This document shows positions 31,016-40,228 of a DNA stretch of 64,000 nt, in pieces. The notes under the pieces are model-generated. The model was not told the origin of the DNA. It was given only the letters and a program-made list of their open reading frames with translations, and made no database searches. The stretch is from contig JAQBYT010000002.1 of the NCBI GenBank assembly GCA_027622665.1, positions 1 through 64,000 on the forward strand, read 5' to 3'. The stretch is from Verrucomicrobiota bacterium. Its GTDB lineage: Bacteria; Verrucomicrobiota; Verrucomicrobiia; Opitutales; Seribacteraceae. Position 1 is the first letter of the stretch. Every line of letters starts with the position of its first letter. The translations under genes were made by a program, and so were the position numbers.

Positions 31016-31034
31016 AGCGACTTGTTATGCTTTC

Positions 31035-31472
31035 CTAGTCGGAAATATGGCGCATGTGAGCGTTGTCAGCATAGTTTGGGCCTCTGACGAACAATCGGTC
31101 GGCCTCCTGATCATACTCGAGCTGACTACTCGATAATAGGAAGTGTGCTCCTTGCTCATCGCGAGTTTTAGTAAGTGTGAGCAGGAAGCTCCCATCATTC
31201 TTTTTCGTGAGCTGCCATGTGCCGTGATCGCGATACTCGAAGTCACTTGTCAGAACGAATTTGTAGCTGCCATCAGGGGAAAACTGATACGTCTTTGTTT
31301 CCTGGCTTGGCAGACCCTCTGATATGATAAACCGCCAGCGTCCAACAACTAGGACATTGGGAAGGCTTTGCTTAAGATCACTTGCCTCCCCTGCACGTGG
31401 CGGGACAGCCTTCTCCGTGCAAGAGATCGCAAGTAATCCGGCAAGCAATAGTGGCAGGGTGTGTTTATGCAT
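31035..31472 (-). CDS. cassette lipoprotein (lipocalin-like)
   Basis: LAISC lipobox, VVGRW..FSPDGSY..GTW; ATG within R' GTTATGC; truncated attC at 31010-31030. Confidence 0.75.
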   Translation of the reverse strand: MHKHTLPLLLAGLLAISCTEKAVPPRAGEASDLKQSLPNVLVVGRWRFIISEGLPSQETKTYQFSPDGSYKFVLTSDFEYRDHGTWQLTKKNDGSFLLTLTKTRDEQGAHFLLSSSQLEYDQEADRLFVRGPNYADNAHMRHISD

Positions 31473-31597
31473 AACGTCATAGCGCATGCACCCCTACCAG
31501 CGAGGGCGGGTGTTGAACGCGGGGTTAAGGTTGTATCTACGAGAACTCATCGAAACAAAACGGCTGGTAGGGGTTGTCGTGGCGCGTCTTGTTCGCT
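31469..31597 (-). repeat. attC site
   Basis: AGCGAAC-AAGACGCGCCA..ACCCCTACCAGC...GCTGGTAGGGGT..TGCGCTATGAC-GTTATGC. Confidence 0.9.
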
Positions 31598-31599
31598 TT

Positions 31600-31737
31600 C
31601 TTGTTTAGGCACACCGGCCCACTGCCATCCTGTCGTCGAGTCGCTTGGAAGCCCCTTGTAGATAGCAACGGCTTTCTGAACTCCTCACTATCCTCAATGG
31701 ACCGATGGTTTTGAACGCGGACTTTTGTGAGTTTCAT
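31600..31737 (-). pseudogene. N-terminal remnant of AAA/OLD-type ATPase cassette
   Basis: MKLTKVRVQNHRSIEDS with GGAG RBS, then abrupt loss of similarity. Confidence 0.6.
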
Positions 31738-31856
31738 TGAATCTCCATTCTTTGGCGAAATAGTAATTGATGCAACTGAAGTTCGGCGCTTGTCAGATAG
31801 GCGTTTAGAAAGAGGCCTCTCTTGAAAGCAAACTTCACCCTAGTCCCTTCGTCATG

Positions 31857-31932
31857 GCATAACGTCAAAATTCATCTGTAAGGTTCATGAGCGAAGCGAA
31901 TGGTTCTCATCAGGTGAAACTTTTTGTTATAG
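31857..31932 (-). repeat. attC site
   Basis: CTATAAC-AAAAAGTTTCACCTG...CAGATGAATTTTGAC-GTTATGC. Confidence 0.88.
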
Positions 31933-31955
31933 TTTTTTTAATACCTTTATCTAAA

Positions 31956-32600
31956 CTACTTATTTGTAGAGTTATACGTAACGTCATTGTACAAGTTATT
32001 CAGCATGTCGTTATTGTCTTTAGTATAGGAGTTAAAGATTTTTTCAGATATATTATCCGTCTCGTAAAGCATCTTATAAGCACTATATGAATAAAAGCAT
32101 TTGTCCGTTGTGTCCATGATCATTGCTTTACTTCGGGTAAACTTTTTTCCTTTCAGTTGAAGTAAAACATATAAAACAGTTCGCTCTTTAAGTTTTTTAA
32201 ATTCTTTTTTGATGATTTTAGGATTTTCAGTAGCCATTGTCGGAAGCATCAGCTCAACAAACAACTTTTCTAAATATGCTTGTCGCAGTTGTTCGTTTGC
32301 TAGTTCACCATTAAGTGCCGGCTCATAAAGTTGATAGTCTATTCGAGTTGTGTTGGATCTTGGCCAAAGAGGGTAAAACTGGACATATCCACCGCCCTTT
32401 GCTGTCATTTCGTCATACTCAGAATGGTCCGTTTCGAAATAGTGGTTATTATAGGAAAACATACCGTTAGGAGACGTATACGAACCACGACATGTACCTG
32501 TTTTTAGTGAATCTAAGTCGGGTTGAACCGGGAACGGCGTGGCAGTTTTACAGCCACTAAATAATGTTAATAATATCACTACAATTATTGCTTTGATCAT
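31956..32600 (-). CDS. AT-rich cassette lipoprotein
   Basis: LFSGC lipobox; R' GTTATAG matches R'' CTATAAC. Confidence 0.8.
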   Translation of the reverse strand: MIKAIIVVILLTLFSGCKTATPFPVQPDLDSLKTGTCRGSYTSPNGMFSYNNHYFETDHSEYDEMTAKGGGYVQFYPLWPRSNTTRIDYQLYEPALNGELANEQLRQAYLEKLFVELMLPTMATENPKIIKKEFKKLKERTVLYVLLQLKGKKFTRSKAMIMDTTDKCFYSYSAYKMLYETDNISEKIFNSYTKDNNDMLNNLYNDVTYNSTNK

Positions 32601-32666
32601 TTATTTTAAATTTTTCTTTTTTTGAATTGTGAATTGCTTTTTCGTGAGTTTTTATTTTCCTCTCAA

Positions 32667-32737
32667 CTATAACGTAGAGGCTACTCAGCTCTGAAGCGCG
32701 GAGCGCGAAAGGGCTTGAGTATACTGACTGGATCTAC
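32667..32737 (-). repeat. attC site with R'' GTAGATC
   Basis: GTAGATC-CAGTCAGTATACTCAAGC...GCTGAGTAGCCTCTAC-GTTATAG. Confidence 0.85.
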
Positions 32738-32804
32738 GCTTCATTTGGTTGAGTGGTTGTGGTTGTGGTTGGTCTTTGGTCCATTCGTCTTCTTTTCATT
32801 CTTT

Positions 32805-32996
32805 CTAGGAAAATCCAATCGTTCCCCCAAGGCCAAAGATCACACCAATTACGTATCCGATCAGATAACCGGAAAATCCTGAATCTATCGTGCTTCCAAG
32901 CATGATTGCTCCGAGAATTCCAAGTGCCTGCGAGATGATGAGTAAAATGGTGAGATTCGCGCGGATTCGTTCGAAGACTGTTTTTCTCTTTTCCAT
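32805..32996 (-). CDS. small two-TM membrane protein (cassette)
   Basis: 63-aa hydrophobic ORF starting just inside cassette boundary. Confidence 0.6.
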   Translation of the reverse strand: MEKRKTVFERIRANLTILLIISQALGILGAIMLGSTIDSGFSGYLIGYVIGVIFGLGGTIGFS

Positions 32997-33004
32997 TTTA
33001 TTCT

Positions 33005-33073
33005 GTAGATCACCGAAGTCACCGGATTTGAAGAGGGAAGGGATGAGAATTCCGGTGCACTGTTTTGTTATTT
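33005..33073 (-). repeat. attC site with R' GATCTAC
   Basis: AAATAAC-AAAACAGT(G)CACCGGA...TCCGGTGACTTCGGT-GATCTAC. Confidence 0.88.
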
Positions 33074-33153
33074 ATAAGAAGACGAAACTGAAATCATTCA
33101 GAATAATCGTCTTTATTTAGATTAAGAATTCAATTCCGCTCGTTTGTTATGCC

Positions 33154-33609
33154 TCACTTGAGTTTCCAAGTCACAGTCTTGAGTCCGTAGTAAACGCTGT
33201 CTTTCTCAATGTTGGTACCTGGAGGCATCGGCATACCCTGCGGAACGCCATCGGTGCCTTGCTTGTCCTAGTCCCAGATGAACATTGGCCATCGCATTTT
33301 TACCACCTTGCCAGTGACAACAATGACTTGGCCGACTTGGTCTAAGGGAATTGCCACCTTGTCGCCTAATAGAAAGATGGTTTCGTCGCCAACTTTCACA
33401 GCGGGATCGTTTTCCTTGATGTGAGGCGAACTCGAGGCAATACCTTCGAATTGATGTCGCGAGCCAACCAATCGCTCGAGTGTGGGGTTGCGAACATTAA
33501 CCGGGGCCGCTTCGGCTGCGCCAGAACCAGAAGAACTATCCGATGAACAGGAGGCTAGGAACAACACAATAACTGTGGACAGTATTCTCATAGGGATCTC
33601 GGTAGTCAT
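33154..33609 (-). pseudogene. cassette lipoprotein with in-frame TAG
   Basis: LASC lipobox; TAG at 33268; frame continues to TGA just before R'' GCATAAC (33146-33152, attC truncated). Confidence 0.72.
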
Positions 33610-33730
33610 AACGTCAAAGTGAGGCACGGCTGACCGGGAGCGTGCATCCGATGCGGGACAGGGGTTGCAATTACGGTGCATCTTTCGAGTCGGGGCGTGT
33701 CAGCCGTTGCTCTCCATGCACTTGTTTGAC
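33606..33730 (-). repeat. attC site
   Basis: GTCAAAC-AAGTGCATGGAGAGCAACGGCTGAC...GTCAGCCGTGCCTCACTTTGAC-GTTATGA. Confidence 0.85.
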
Positions 33731-34758
33731 CTTTGGGGTTCAACCTGCGCAATATCAGCAAACCACGCCTGTAGCTGAGCAAGATCCTCTGTTCGTGGTG
33801 GCTCAATATACTCGCATGCCTCGCCGTACAAGGAGGTGAGGCTCTTCCATTCAGTCGTCCGGCGAGGCCAACGGGCGACCGACGAATCCCAAAAATCAGT
33901 CTGTACAAGGCTGTGATGATGCGGAAAATACTCACGCCAGTTATCAACCAAATGATCATAGTCAGCCTTATCGATAATCTCGACATGGTTTATATCGTAA
34001 CTCGGAGACTCGTTCCAGCTGTCCAGAATGAGTTTCCGAGCGCGGAAATCCGTCCTGGGGCCGCCGTAGCCGAAAATCGTCAAGTGGAACGCAGAGGCTA
34101 ACGCGTTCGTCGTGGTGTTCCAATCGCGAATAATTATCTCATCACGGGTATAGTCCTTGTCGTCATCGGGAAAGAATAACCCGCTGCGCTCCAAAGCGCG
34201 GGAACATGTCGGACATCGTTCGCCGATCACTCCCATCACATCATGCTCTGGACACGTCGCAAAGTTTACTGACCCATGAAGAAATCGGATGTCGGGAAGT
34301 TCAGCTACATCTCGGTTCCTACGATGCGCTTCCATGAGAAATGGATCCCAATTGAATGTGGCAATGAGGTCCTTTCCTCTCAATCCAAGGACGAGATAAT
34401 CATAGATAGTTGCGCGGTCCGGGAGCTGTAGTCCTGAAAAATACTCTTCTATCTTCGCCTCGACAGCCCTCAGCTCGGCCTCATATGTACCAGTCGAGCG
34501 AATCCACGAAAACTGTGTTTCAAAGTTGCCTTGAGGCGGAGAAGCATTGGCGACCAAATCCGTTCAACACTCGCCTACGATCGTTGGAAGGTCGTTCATT
34601 CCGGGCAGAATGTTCCCATTACGGTCGCCTTCCGGAAAACTAGCCATGCTCGCACCGGCGCCAAGTAACACAACATGCGGTTTTGGTGGAGCAAAGGGCT
34701 TACCGACAAGGTGCTCGCGTGTACCTGTTGCGGGCGTTTGATGATCCGCTATCGGCAT
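33700..34758 (-). pseudogene. SIR2-like (SIR2_2) protein with one in-frame TGA
   Basis: VVLLGAGAS, TFNWD, FLHGS, two CxxH/CxxC, IFGYG in one frame; TGA at 34564-34566. Confidence 0.78.
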
Positions 34759-34768
34759 TACTTCTTTG

Positions 34769-34844
34769 GTCCAACGCTAAGCTGTGGGACTGGTTTGCGA
34801 GTGCTAGCGAGCAATACCAGTTCTACAAGAGCGTCTTGTTGGCT
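34769..34844 (-). repeat. attC site
   Basis: AGCCAAC-AAGACGCTCTTGTAGAACTGGT...ACCAGTCCCACAGCTTAGC-GTTGGAC. Confidence 0.9.
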
Positions 34845-35497
34845 CATTTTTTGAAGTTGATTCTAAGATCATCATGTGGGATGTCGCGCGCCTTGACCAA
34901 CTCTGAGTAGCGAAGGCCGCGCGTAAGTGATGAAATAAGTGAATCCCCAGCTGCCCGGAGGATACAATCATTATATAGAGTTTGAGAGTCGGTGAAGTAG
35001 AGCTCGATGTGATTCAGTACGCCTCGCAAAGACTCAAGTGCAGTCTCTATCTCTTCGCGCGAAGGTCCAGCGCATGATACGACCGATGTTTCTAGCTTTG
35101 TCGCGAGGTCGAGGTGTGCGATAGCCTTATTCCTCCGAGTGCGAACATTCTCTGTATGGCTCTCGAAAATATCAATCAATGGTTCCAACTCACTCGCAAG
35201 GGTCGCCTCGTTGACCTTTCGCACCTCAACCAAGAGTCTTCGAAGAGTGAGATTTTTGCGTGCACCGGATCCGGCAGGATCCCCGAGCCGACTTATCGAA
35301 AGTTGTATGTCGTTAAGCATCATGCCTTGAATCATTGAAAAGGCAGTAGATGCGGAACGATTCAATATGCTGACTCGGTGTTCATCGGTTCCAAACAATT
35401 GGCGATACAAAATCCACCGTCCATGGGTCCACATGACTTCGTCTTTGATGGATCTCCAGATTTCGCTAAGTTCGCTAGGGATTGTCTTTGTAGTCAT
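34844..35497 (-). CDS. AbiU2-like HEPN domain protein
   Basis: WILYRQLF, ISRLGDP..NLTL, RNKAIAH (Rx4-6H). Confidence 0.75.
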   Translation of the reverse strand: MTTKTIPSELSEIWRSIKDEVMWTHGRWILYRQLFGTDEHRVSILNRSASTAFSMIQGMMLNDIQLSISRLGDPAGSGARKNLTLRRLLVEVRKVNEATLASELEPLIDIFESHTENVRTRRNKAIAHLDLATKLETSVVSCAGPSREEIETALESLRGVLNHIELYFTDSQTLYNDCILRAAGDSLISSLTRGLRYSELVKARDIPHDDLRINFKK

Positions 35498-35502
35498 TGT
35501 CT

Positions 35503-35660
35503 AGCCAACAAGTTATTCTATGATGTTCATCTTTCACCCCTTTTGGCAGGATATTCAATCGCAATCATGGGGAATCAGTGGAATCCGTTTCGATATCACC
35601 TCATTTGGCAGGATATCCGATCCCCATGATCATTCCATTTGGGAGGATCATTGAACGCCT
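35503..35660 (-). promoter_or_regulatory. attI-like head of array 2 with direct and inverted repeats
   Basis: GTTGGCT crossover without attC stem; TTTGGCAGGATAT x2; ATCATGGGGA/TCCCCATGAT. Confidence 0.45.
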
Positions 35661-35826
35661 GTGCGCTCTTATTTGGTGGCCTGCCGGCCAAGCGTTCAAT
35701 TGTCGAATATCCGTTTTGGTAAGAATTCGACACCGACCTGATAAATCCATGCAGACAGACGCTCGTAAATCTCACTATTGTTAGCTAACGTTCAACCAAA
35801 TCAATTTTTAGTCACAAGAAAATCAA

Positions 35827-36933
35827 ATGCACACGTCGACCCCAAAGGTTTTATGCTTGGCAGTCCTAAGCTTGCTTGCTGTCGGTTCCTTGCTGGCCAA
35901 GCCCGATCCGTCTGATTCGGCTCCCTGGACTTTCGTCAGCATACCCGACTTCCTGAACTTCGACATCGAGTACCCGCAGAAAGGATGGGAGGGCGCCCTC
36001 GGGTTCATCGTGGGTTCCATGAAAAAGGAAGATCCGGCCTTCGCCCTGGTGGCGGGCGACCTCGTCATGGGGCACTGGGGAACCAAGAAGGAGGAGGTCG
36101 ATCAGTGGGCGAAGAAGTATTACCCAGGTTGGGTTCAACGCTTCAAGGACCACGGACTCAAGGTCTACGCTGCCCTCGGTGACCATGAGGTCGCCGACAA
36201 TCCCTGGCGGGGAGCGGTGGCCACCGCCGTGCCTTTTTACAAGGATGCCTTTCGGCGACATCTCAAGATGCCCTTGAACGGTCCCGACCACATGAAGGGG
36301 ACTGCCTTTTATTGGCTCCACAAGAATGCCTTGTTCGTCTCGGTCGACGTGTTCGAGAAGGGCAAGAGCAACCAAGGCGAGATTGCCGCCGGGGTGACCG
36401 GCAAGCAACTCGAGTGGTTTGAAAGGGTACTCAGAGAGCACGGACCCAAGGTGAACCATATCGTGGTTATGGGGCACACTCCCATTCTTCGCCCAGTCAG
36501 GACCTACAGTTCATCAGGGATGCTGACCGTCAAGGGACGTGACTCGGACTTTTGGAAGCTTATGGCCAAACATGGCGTCGACCTTTATCTTTGCGGGGAG
36601 GTGCATGCCGTGACCTGCACCCGGCGCGACGGTATCCAGCAAATCGCCCACGGTGGTCTGATCGGGCGCACGACCAAGCCCAACTACCTGCTTGTGACCG
36701 TGCATGAGGATAAGCTCGAGCTGGACCTCAAGGAGATCGACCTGATCAACGGCAAGGGACGGCTCTGGCAAAAAAACAAGAGCAAGGGGCCATGGGACAC
36801 GATAACCATTACCCGGGAACGCAAGAAGCGGGGTTTTACCTCGATCGGGAAGGTCTCCATAAACAAAGAGACGGACGCCAAGAAGTTCGAGGCCGCCACC
36901 GGCTTTTTCACCGAGAAAGACAACCCAAAATAG
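35827..36933 (+). CDS. exported calcineurin-like metallophosphoesterase
   Basis: SIPD, AGDLV, LGDHE, MGH, GEVH; signal peptide. Confidence 0.88.
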   Translation: MHTSTPKVLCLAVLSLLAVGSLLAKPDPSDSAPWTFVSIPDFLNFDIEYPQKGWEGALGFIVGSMKKEDPAFALVAGDLVMGHWGTKKEEVDQWAKKYYPGWVQRFKDHGLKVYAALGDHEVADNPWRGAVATAVPFYKDAFRRHLKMPLNGPDHMKGTAFYWLHKNALFVSVDVFEKGKSNQGEIAAGVTGKQLEWFERVLREHGPKVNHIVVMGHTPILRPVRTYSSSGMLTVKGRDSDFWKLMAKHGVDLYLCGEVHAVTCTRRDGIQQIAHGGLIGRTTKPNYLLVTVHEDKLELDLKEIDLINGKGRLWQKNKSKGPWDTITITRERKKRGFTSIGKVSINKETDAKKFEAATGFFTEKDNPK

Positions 36934-36957
36934 TACCTGCAAGCCTTGCAAGTGGAT
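36928..36957 (+). repeat. 30-bp direct repeat, copy 1
   Basis: AAATAGTACCTGCAAGCCTTGCAAGTGGAT. Confidence 0.85.
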
Positions 36958-37234
36958 GCTCATGACTTCAAGCCATCTTTACGGGTTTAATATTCGACAT
37001 AAATCCGTCCTGGAGGATCCTGAGTTGGTGCCAAGTCCTTCATGAAACACCAACTTGAAATAATAAAATTTGCATTTCAAAAGGGGCTTTTTGAAAATTC
37101 AATTGCTTATCACTAAAATTAAATTTCCCCCTTTTAACTACTATTGAATTATTCTTTTTTACATGTAAATAATGGATACTATAAGTTCTGCAAAATGAAA
37201 TGAACGAATCCAAAGCATTGAATGTCTAATCAAC

Positions 37235-37855
37235 TTGATGACTGAAAAATCGAATTCTACAATTGAAAGGCTTCGCAAGCCAATTTCACGACTAATCGCA
37301 TTCATGCTGATTCTTATGGCTCTGCTTACAGTGCCAATAAATTTTGAAGACGGAGTTCATGAAGCTTTGGAGATTTTCGGCTATTTTTTACTGCTTACGG
37401 CAGGACTTGGTAGAATTTGGTGCTCTATTTACATTGCTGGCAGGAAGGATAAAATATTATGCACAGATGGTCCGTATTCAATTTGCAGGAATCCACTTTA
37501 CCTTTTTTCCTTTATAGGGGTCATTGGTGCATTTTTGGCATTTCAAAGTATTTTGCTCACAGTCATGGCATCTGCTATCTACTTATTGTATTATCGATTC
37601 GTTATTAAGAGTGAAGAAATAAGGCTGCTCGATATTTTTAAAGTTTCGTTTTCAGAATATATCAGCACTACCCCCCGATTTTTCCCAAGATTTTCTTCAT
37701 ATCAGAGTAGTGTAGCCGAAAGAATTACCTCAACAAAAGTTATCGAAAGGGGCTTGAGAGAAGCCGTTTGGTTTTTTATAGCTATAGCATTGATTGACAC
37801 AATTGAAGTCATTCACCGCCAAGGTTTCATGATATTGGCGACACTGCCATTCTAA
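37235..37855 (+). CDS. isoprenylcysteine carboxylmethyltransferase/PEMT family protein
   Basis: GPYSICRNPLY, EE..L..F...Y..TPRFFP. Confidence 0.88.
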   Translation: MMTEKSNSTIERLRKPISRLIAFMLILMALLTVPINFEDGVHEALEIFGYFLLLTAGLGRIWCSIYIAGRKDKILCTDGPYSICRNPLYLFSFIGVIGAFLAFQSILLTVMASAIYLLYYRFVIKSEEIRLLDIFKVSFSEYISTTPRFFPRFSSYQSSVAERITSTKVIERGLREAVWFFIAIALIDTIEVIHRQGFMILATLPF

Positions 37856-37857
37856 AG

Positions 37858-37938
37858 GCAGAACAAGGCAGTGGAGGACAACTCCGTTACGCGCTCCGCA
37901 CTCCACGCTCCACTCCATGCCTACCTTTGACGTTATGT
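37858..37938 (+). repeat. attC site
   Basis: GCAGAAC-AAGGC...CCTTTGAC-GTTATGT; R'' matches GTTCTGC at 37185. Confidence 0.85.
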
Positions 37939-37989
37939 AAAAGTAAAAAATGAATTGTCTTATTTATGTTATTGTGTAAGTTCCTACAC

Positions 37990-38190
37990 ATGCCTACCAA
38001 TTTAGCAATAGACGATAATTTACTTGTAAAAGCCTTGAAGGTCAGTGGTCTTAAAACGAAAAAAGATACTGTAAATCAAGCCCTTAAGGAATTTGTTCTG
38101 AAAAGAGAGCAGAAGAAGATTTTAGACTTTTTTGGAGTTGTTGATTATTATGATGATTATGACCCGAAGGCAGATCGAAGGAAATCGTAA
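37990..38190 (+). CDS. vapB: VapB-family antitoxin
   Basis: MPTNLAIDDNLL..GLKTKKDTVNQAL; TGTGTA/TACACA palindrome upstream. Confidence 0.88.
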   Translation: MPTNLAIDDNLLVKALKVSGLKTKKDTVNQALKEFVLKREQKKILDFFGVVDYYDDYDPKADRRKS

Positions 38191-38588
38191 TGGTTATTGT
38201 AGATTCTGATGTGTGGTCAGAGGTATTTCGATCTAGGGCAGGGAAAGCGTCCAAGTATTTCGATAAGTTAGCGAAGTTAATTGAGGATGAAGACGTTGTT
38301 CTTTTGGGAGCGATACGCCAAGAGGTTTTATCAGGTATAAAGTCTAAAGAACAATTTGATTCCCTAAAAAAGGTTTTGAGATCATTTCCAGATGTTTCGT
38401 TACCTGAAGCAATTTATGAGATGGCAGCATCATTTTATAATATTTGCCGAAGTAATGGAGTTCCAGGATCGTATGCCGATTTCTTGATATGTGCTTGTAG
38501 TGTGTTTTATAAATTAGAGATTTTATCGAATGATAGAGAATATATTCATTATTCAAAACATATTCCTATCAAGGTTTGTAAGCTATAG
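38190..38588 (+). CDS. vapC: VapC PIN-domain toxin
   Basis: VIVDSDVW, QEVLSG, DFLI, LSND. Confidence 0.9.
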   Translation: MVIVDSDVWSEVFRSRAGKASKYFDKLAKLIEDEDVVLLGAIRQEVLSGIKSKEQFDSLKKVLRSFPDVSLPEAIYEMAASFYNICRSNGVPGSYADFLICACSVFYKLEILSNDREYIHYSKHIPIKVCKL

Positions 38589-38594
38589 GAATCA

Positions 38595-38725
38595 GCATAA
38601 CAATTGGATGGAGGGTAATCCCCAACACGGTTTTAATTATATTGAAGTATTGGTTCCCTATTACAGTTTTTGAAGATTTGAAGCGATGGAGTAAAGTTGG
38701 GGATACCTCATCCTGTGCGTCAGGT
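38595..38725 (+). repeat. attC site (R' GTCAGGT)
   Basis: GCATAAC-AATTGGATG(G)AGGGTAATCCCCAAC...GTTGGGGATACCTCATCC-TGTGC-GTCAGGT. Confidence 0.85.
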
Positions 38726-38774
38726 ACGAAAAAAAGTTTACAATGTGCTACATTTTGCTACATATCTTTATTGC

Positions 38775-38993
38775 ATGAGCACCGTAATAAGAATTTCCGA
38801 TCACTTGGCAAAAGAAGCGAAGACCAGATCAAAGGTAGAGCACCGCTCGATGACTTCACAATTGGAGTATTGGGCGACCATCGGCAAAACCGCAGAAGAA
38901 AACCCTGATTTACCGTTCAGTTTCATCAAGGAAACACTTCTGGCGATCGAGGAAATGAAGGAATGCCCAAAGGAGGAATATACCTTTGGGTGA
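38775..38993 (+). CDS. ParD-like antitoxin
   Basis: VIRISDHL..RSMTSQLEYWATIGKTAEENPDLP. Confidence 0.85.
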   Translation: MSTVIRISDHLAKEAKTRSKVEHRSMTSQLEYWATIGKTAEENPDLPFSFIKETLLAIEEMKECPKEEYTFG

Positions 38994-39273
38994 AAGGAAG
39001 ATTTTTGTCTCATCTGCCTTCGGGCGAAAAATTAAAAAGCTGAAGAAGCGGGAAAAGAAGGAACTTGATGACGCGGTTCTAGATCTTTCGAACGATCCAA
39101 GTGTTGCAGAAGAGAAAGTTGGCGATCTAGCAGGAGTTTCGGTCTATAAGTTTAAGATCAATAAACAGTCGGTTCTATTGCCTTATGCATACGACGAGAA
39201 TGAAATTAACCTCCTGACATTTGGATGCCATGAGAACTTCTATCGGAATCTGAAAAAATACAAAAAAGCCTAA
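38986..39273 (+). CDS. RelE/ParE family toxin
   Basis: F.RKIKKL..GDLAGV.VYKF..GCHENFY. Confidence 0.85.
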   Translation: MGERKIFVSSAFGRKIKKLKKREKKELDDAVLDLSNDPSVAEEKVGDLAGVSVYKFKINKQSVLLPYAYDENEINLLTFGCHENFYRNLKKYKKA

Positions 39274-39322
39274 CCAGACGGAGAGAGCAAAACCGTTGGC
39301 GCACTCATCCTCCACATTATGC
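39268..39322 (+). repeat. degenerate attC site
   Basis: GCCTAAC-CAGACGGAG...CTCCAC-ATTATGC. Confidence 0.6.
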
Positions 39323-39344
39323 GAGGGAAAAGAATCAAACTATA

Positions 39345-39887
39345 AGAAGAAGAAAGAAACACACGCTCTCAATCCTTGGGACGATGCTGATTTTTGTGCT
39401 ACTGTCCGGACTGCTCGTCGGATGTATGACATACCGAAAATAACAGTGGTTCGGCGGTATGACCACGATTCAACTGGAGGATGGAACGAAGGTTGGCTTG
39501 TGGTTTGACCCTGCCGACCGTCGACCGGACATACCTCTATTGGGTCGTTATTCGGTCAGTACACCACCCTATGCGCTACAGATTTATTTTCCGGATTTCG
39601 ACCCCGCTTGGGAATCCGCTGAGATTGATGAAGTGATCGTAGCATACAATGACGGCACCACGGATAAGCGAACGGACGGTGGCGTCGTGTGGCGGATAAG
39701 AAGTAAAGAGATGACGCTATATAGAGGACCACTTAAAGACCTCGTGACGCGTCACGAAAGCGGCAACATCACTGTAACGGGTAGTATTTCGGCGAAAACT
39801 GGCAAGAAAACTGGCTTTTCCTTCTCGCACAAATTTGAGGCAGAGCCTAAGGATTCTGGGATCGCACCTTACTGGTCTGGTGGGTGA
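39345..39887 (+). pseudogene. cassette lipoprotein with in-frame TAA
   Basis: LLSGLLVGCMTYRK*QWFGGMTTIQ in frame with the 142-aa ORF. Confidence 0.65.
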
Positions 39888-39907
39888 AAAGGCAAGAAGG
39901 GTAGCCC

Positions 39908-39965
39908 GCATAACGAGCAGGTGCTGCCGGACGGCTAATCGCCGCCGCAGACCTATGTGCTCACG
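39908..39965 (+). repeat. attC site (R' GCTCACG)
   Basis: GCATAAC-GAGCAGGT(G)CTGC..CGGC...GCCG..GCAGACCT-ATGT-GCTCACG. Confidence 0.78.
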
Positions 39966-40006
39966 GAAAAATTGACATTATGGCGTTTTAGCGTTTTGGT
40001 GTTTTA

Positions 40007-40228
40007 ATGAAAAGAGCAACCGTGTATTTTGAAGAAGATCTCCACAAGGCCCTAAAAATGAAGTCTGCGGAGATTTCGACGCCTGTCTCCGACCTCGTGA
40101 ATGATGCGGTGAGGTCGGCGCTATTTGAAGATGCAGAAGATCTCGAAGCATTTAAAGAAAGAGAGAAAGAGCCGGTGATCGATTTTGAGTCTTTCGTCAC
40201 GTCTCTGAAAGAAGATGGAAAGCTTTAG
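40007..40228 (+). CDS. CopG/RHH antitoxin
   Basis: KRATVYFEEDLHKALK..SDLVNDAVR..EDAEDL; TTGACA at 39971. Confidence 0.85.
   Translation: MKRATVYFEEDLHKALKMKSAEISTPVSDLVNDAVRSALFEDAEDLEAFKEREKEPVIDFESFVTSLKEDGKL

Larger units (their letters stand above)
24064..35509 (-). mobile_element. integron cassette array 2 (about 12 cassettes or remnants; contains group II intron and IS91 remnant)
   Basis: Co-oriented minus-strand ORFs separated by attC hairpins. Confidence 0.9.

Noticed and set aside
31754..31856. Additional attC between the ATPase remnant and the next cassette
   Set aside because: Core reads TTT and there is no convincing stem; probably deletion debris
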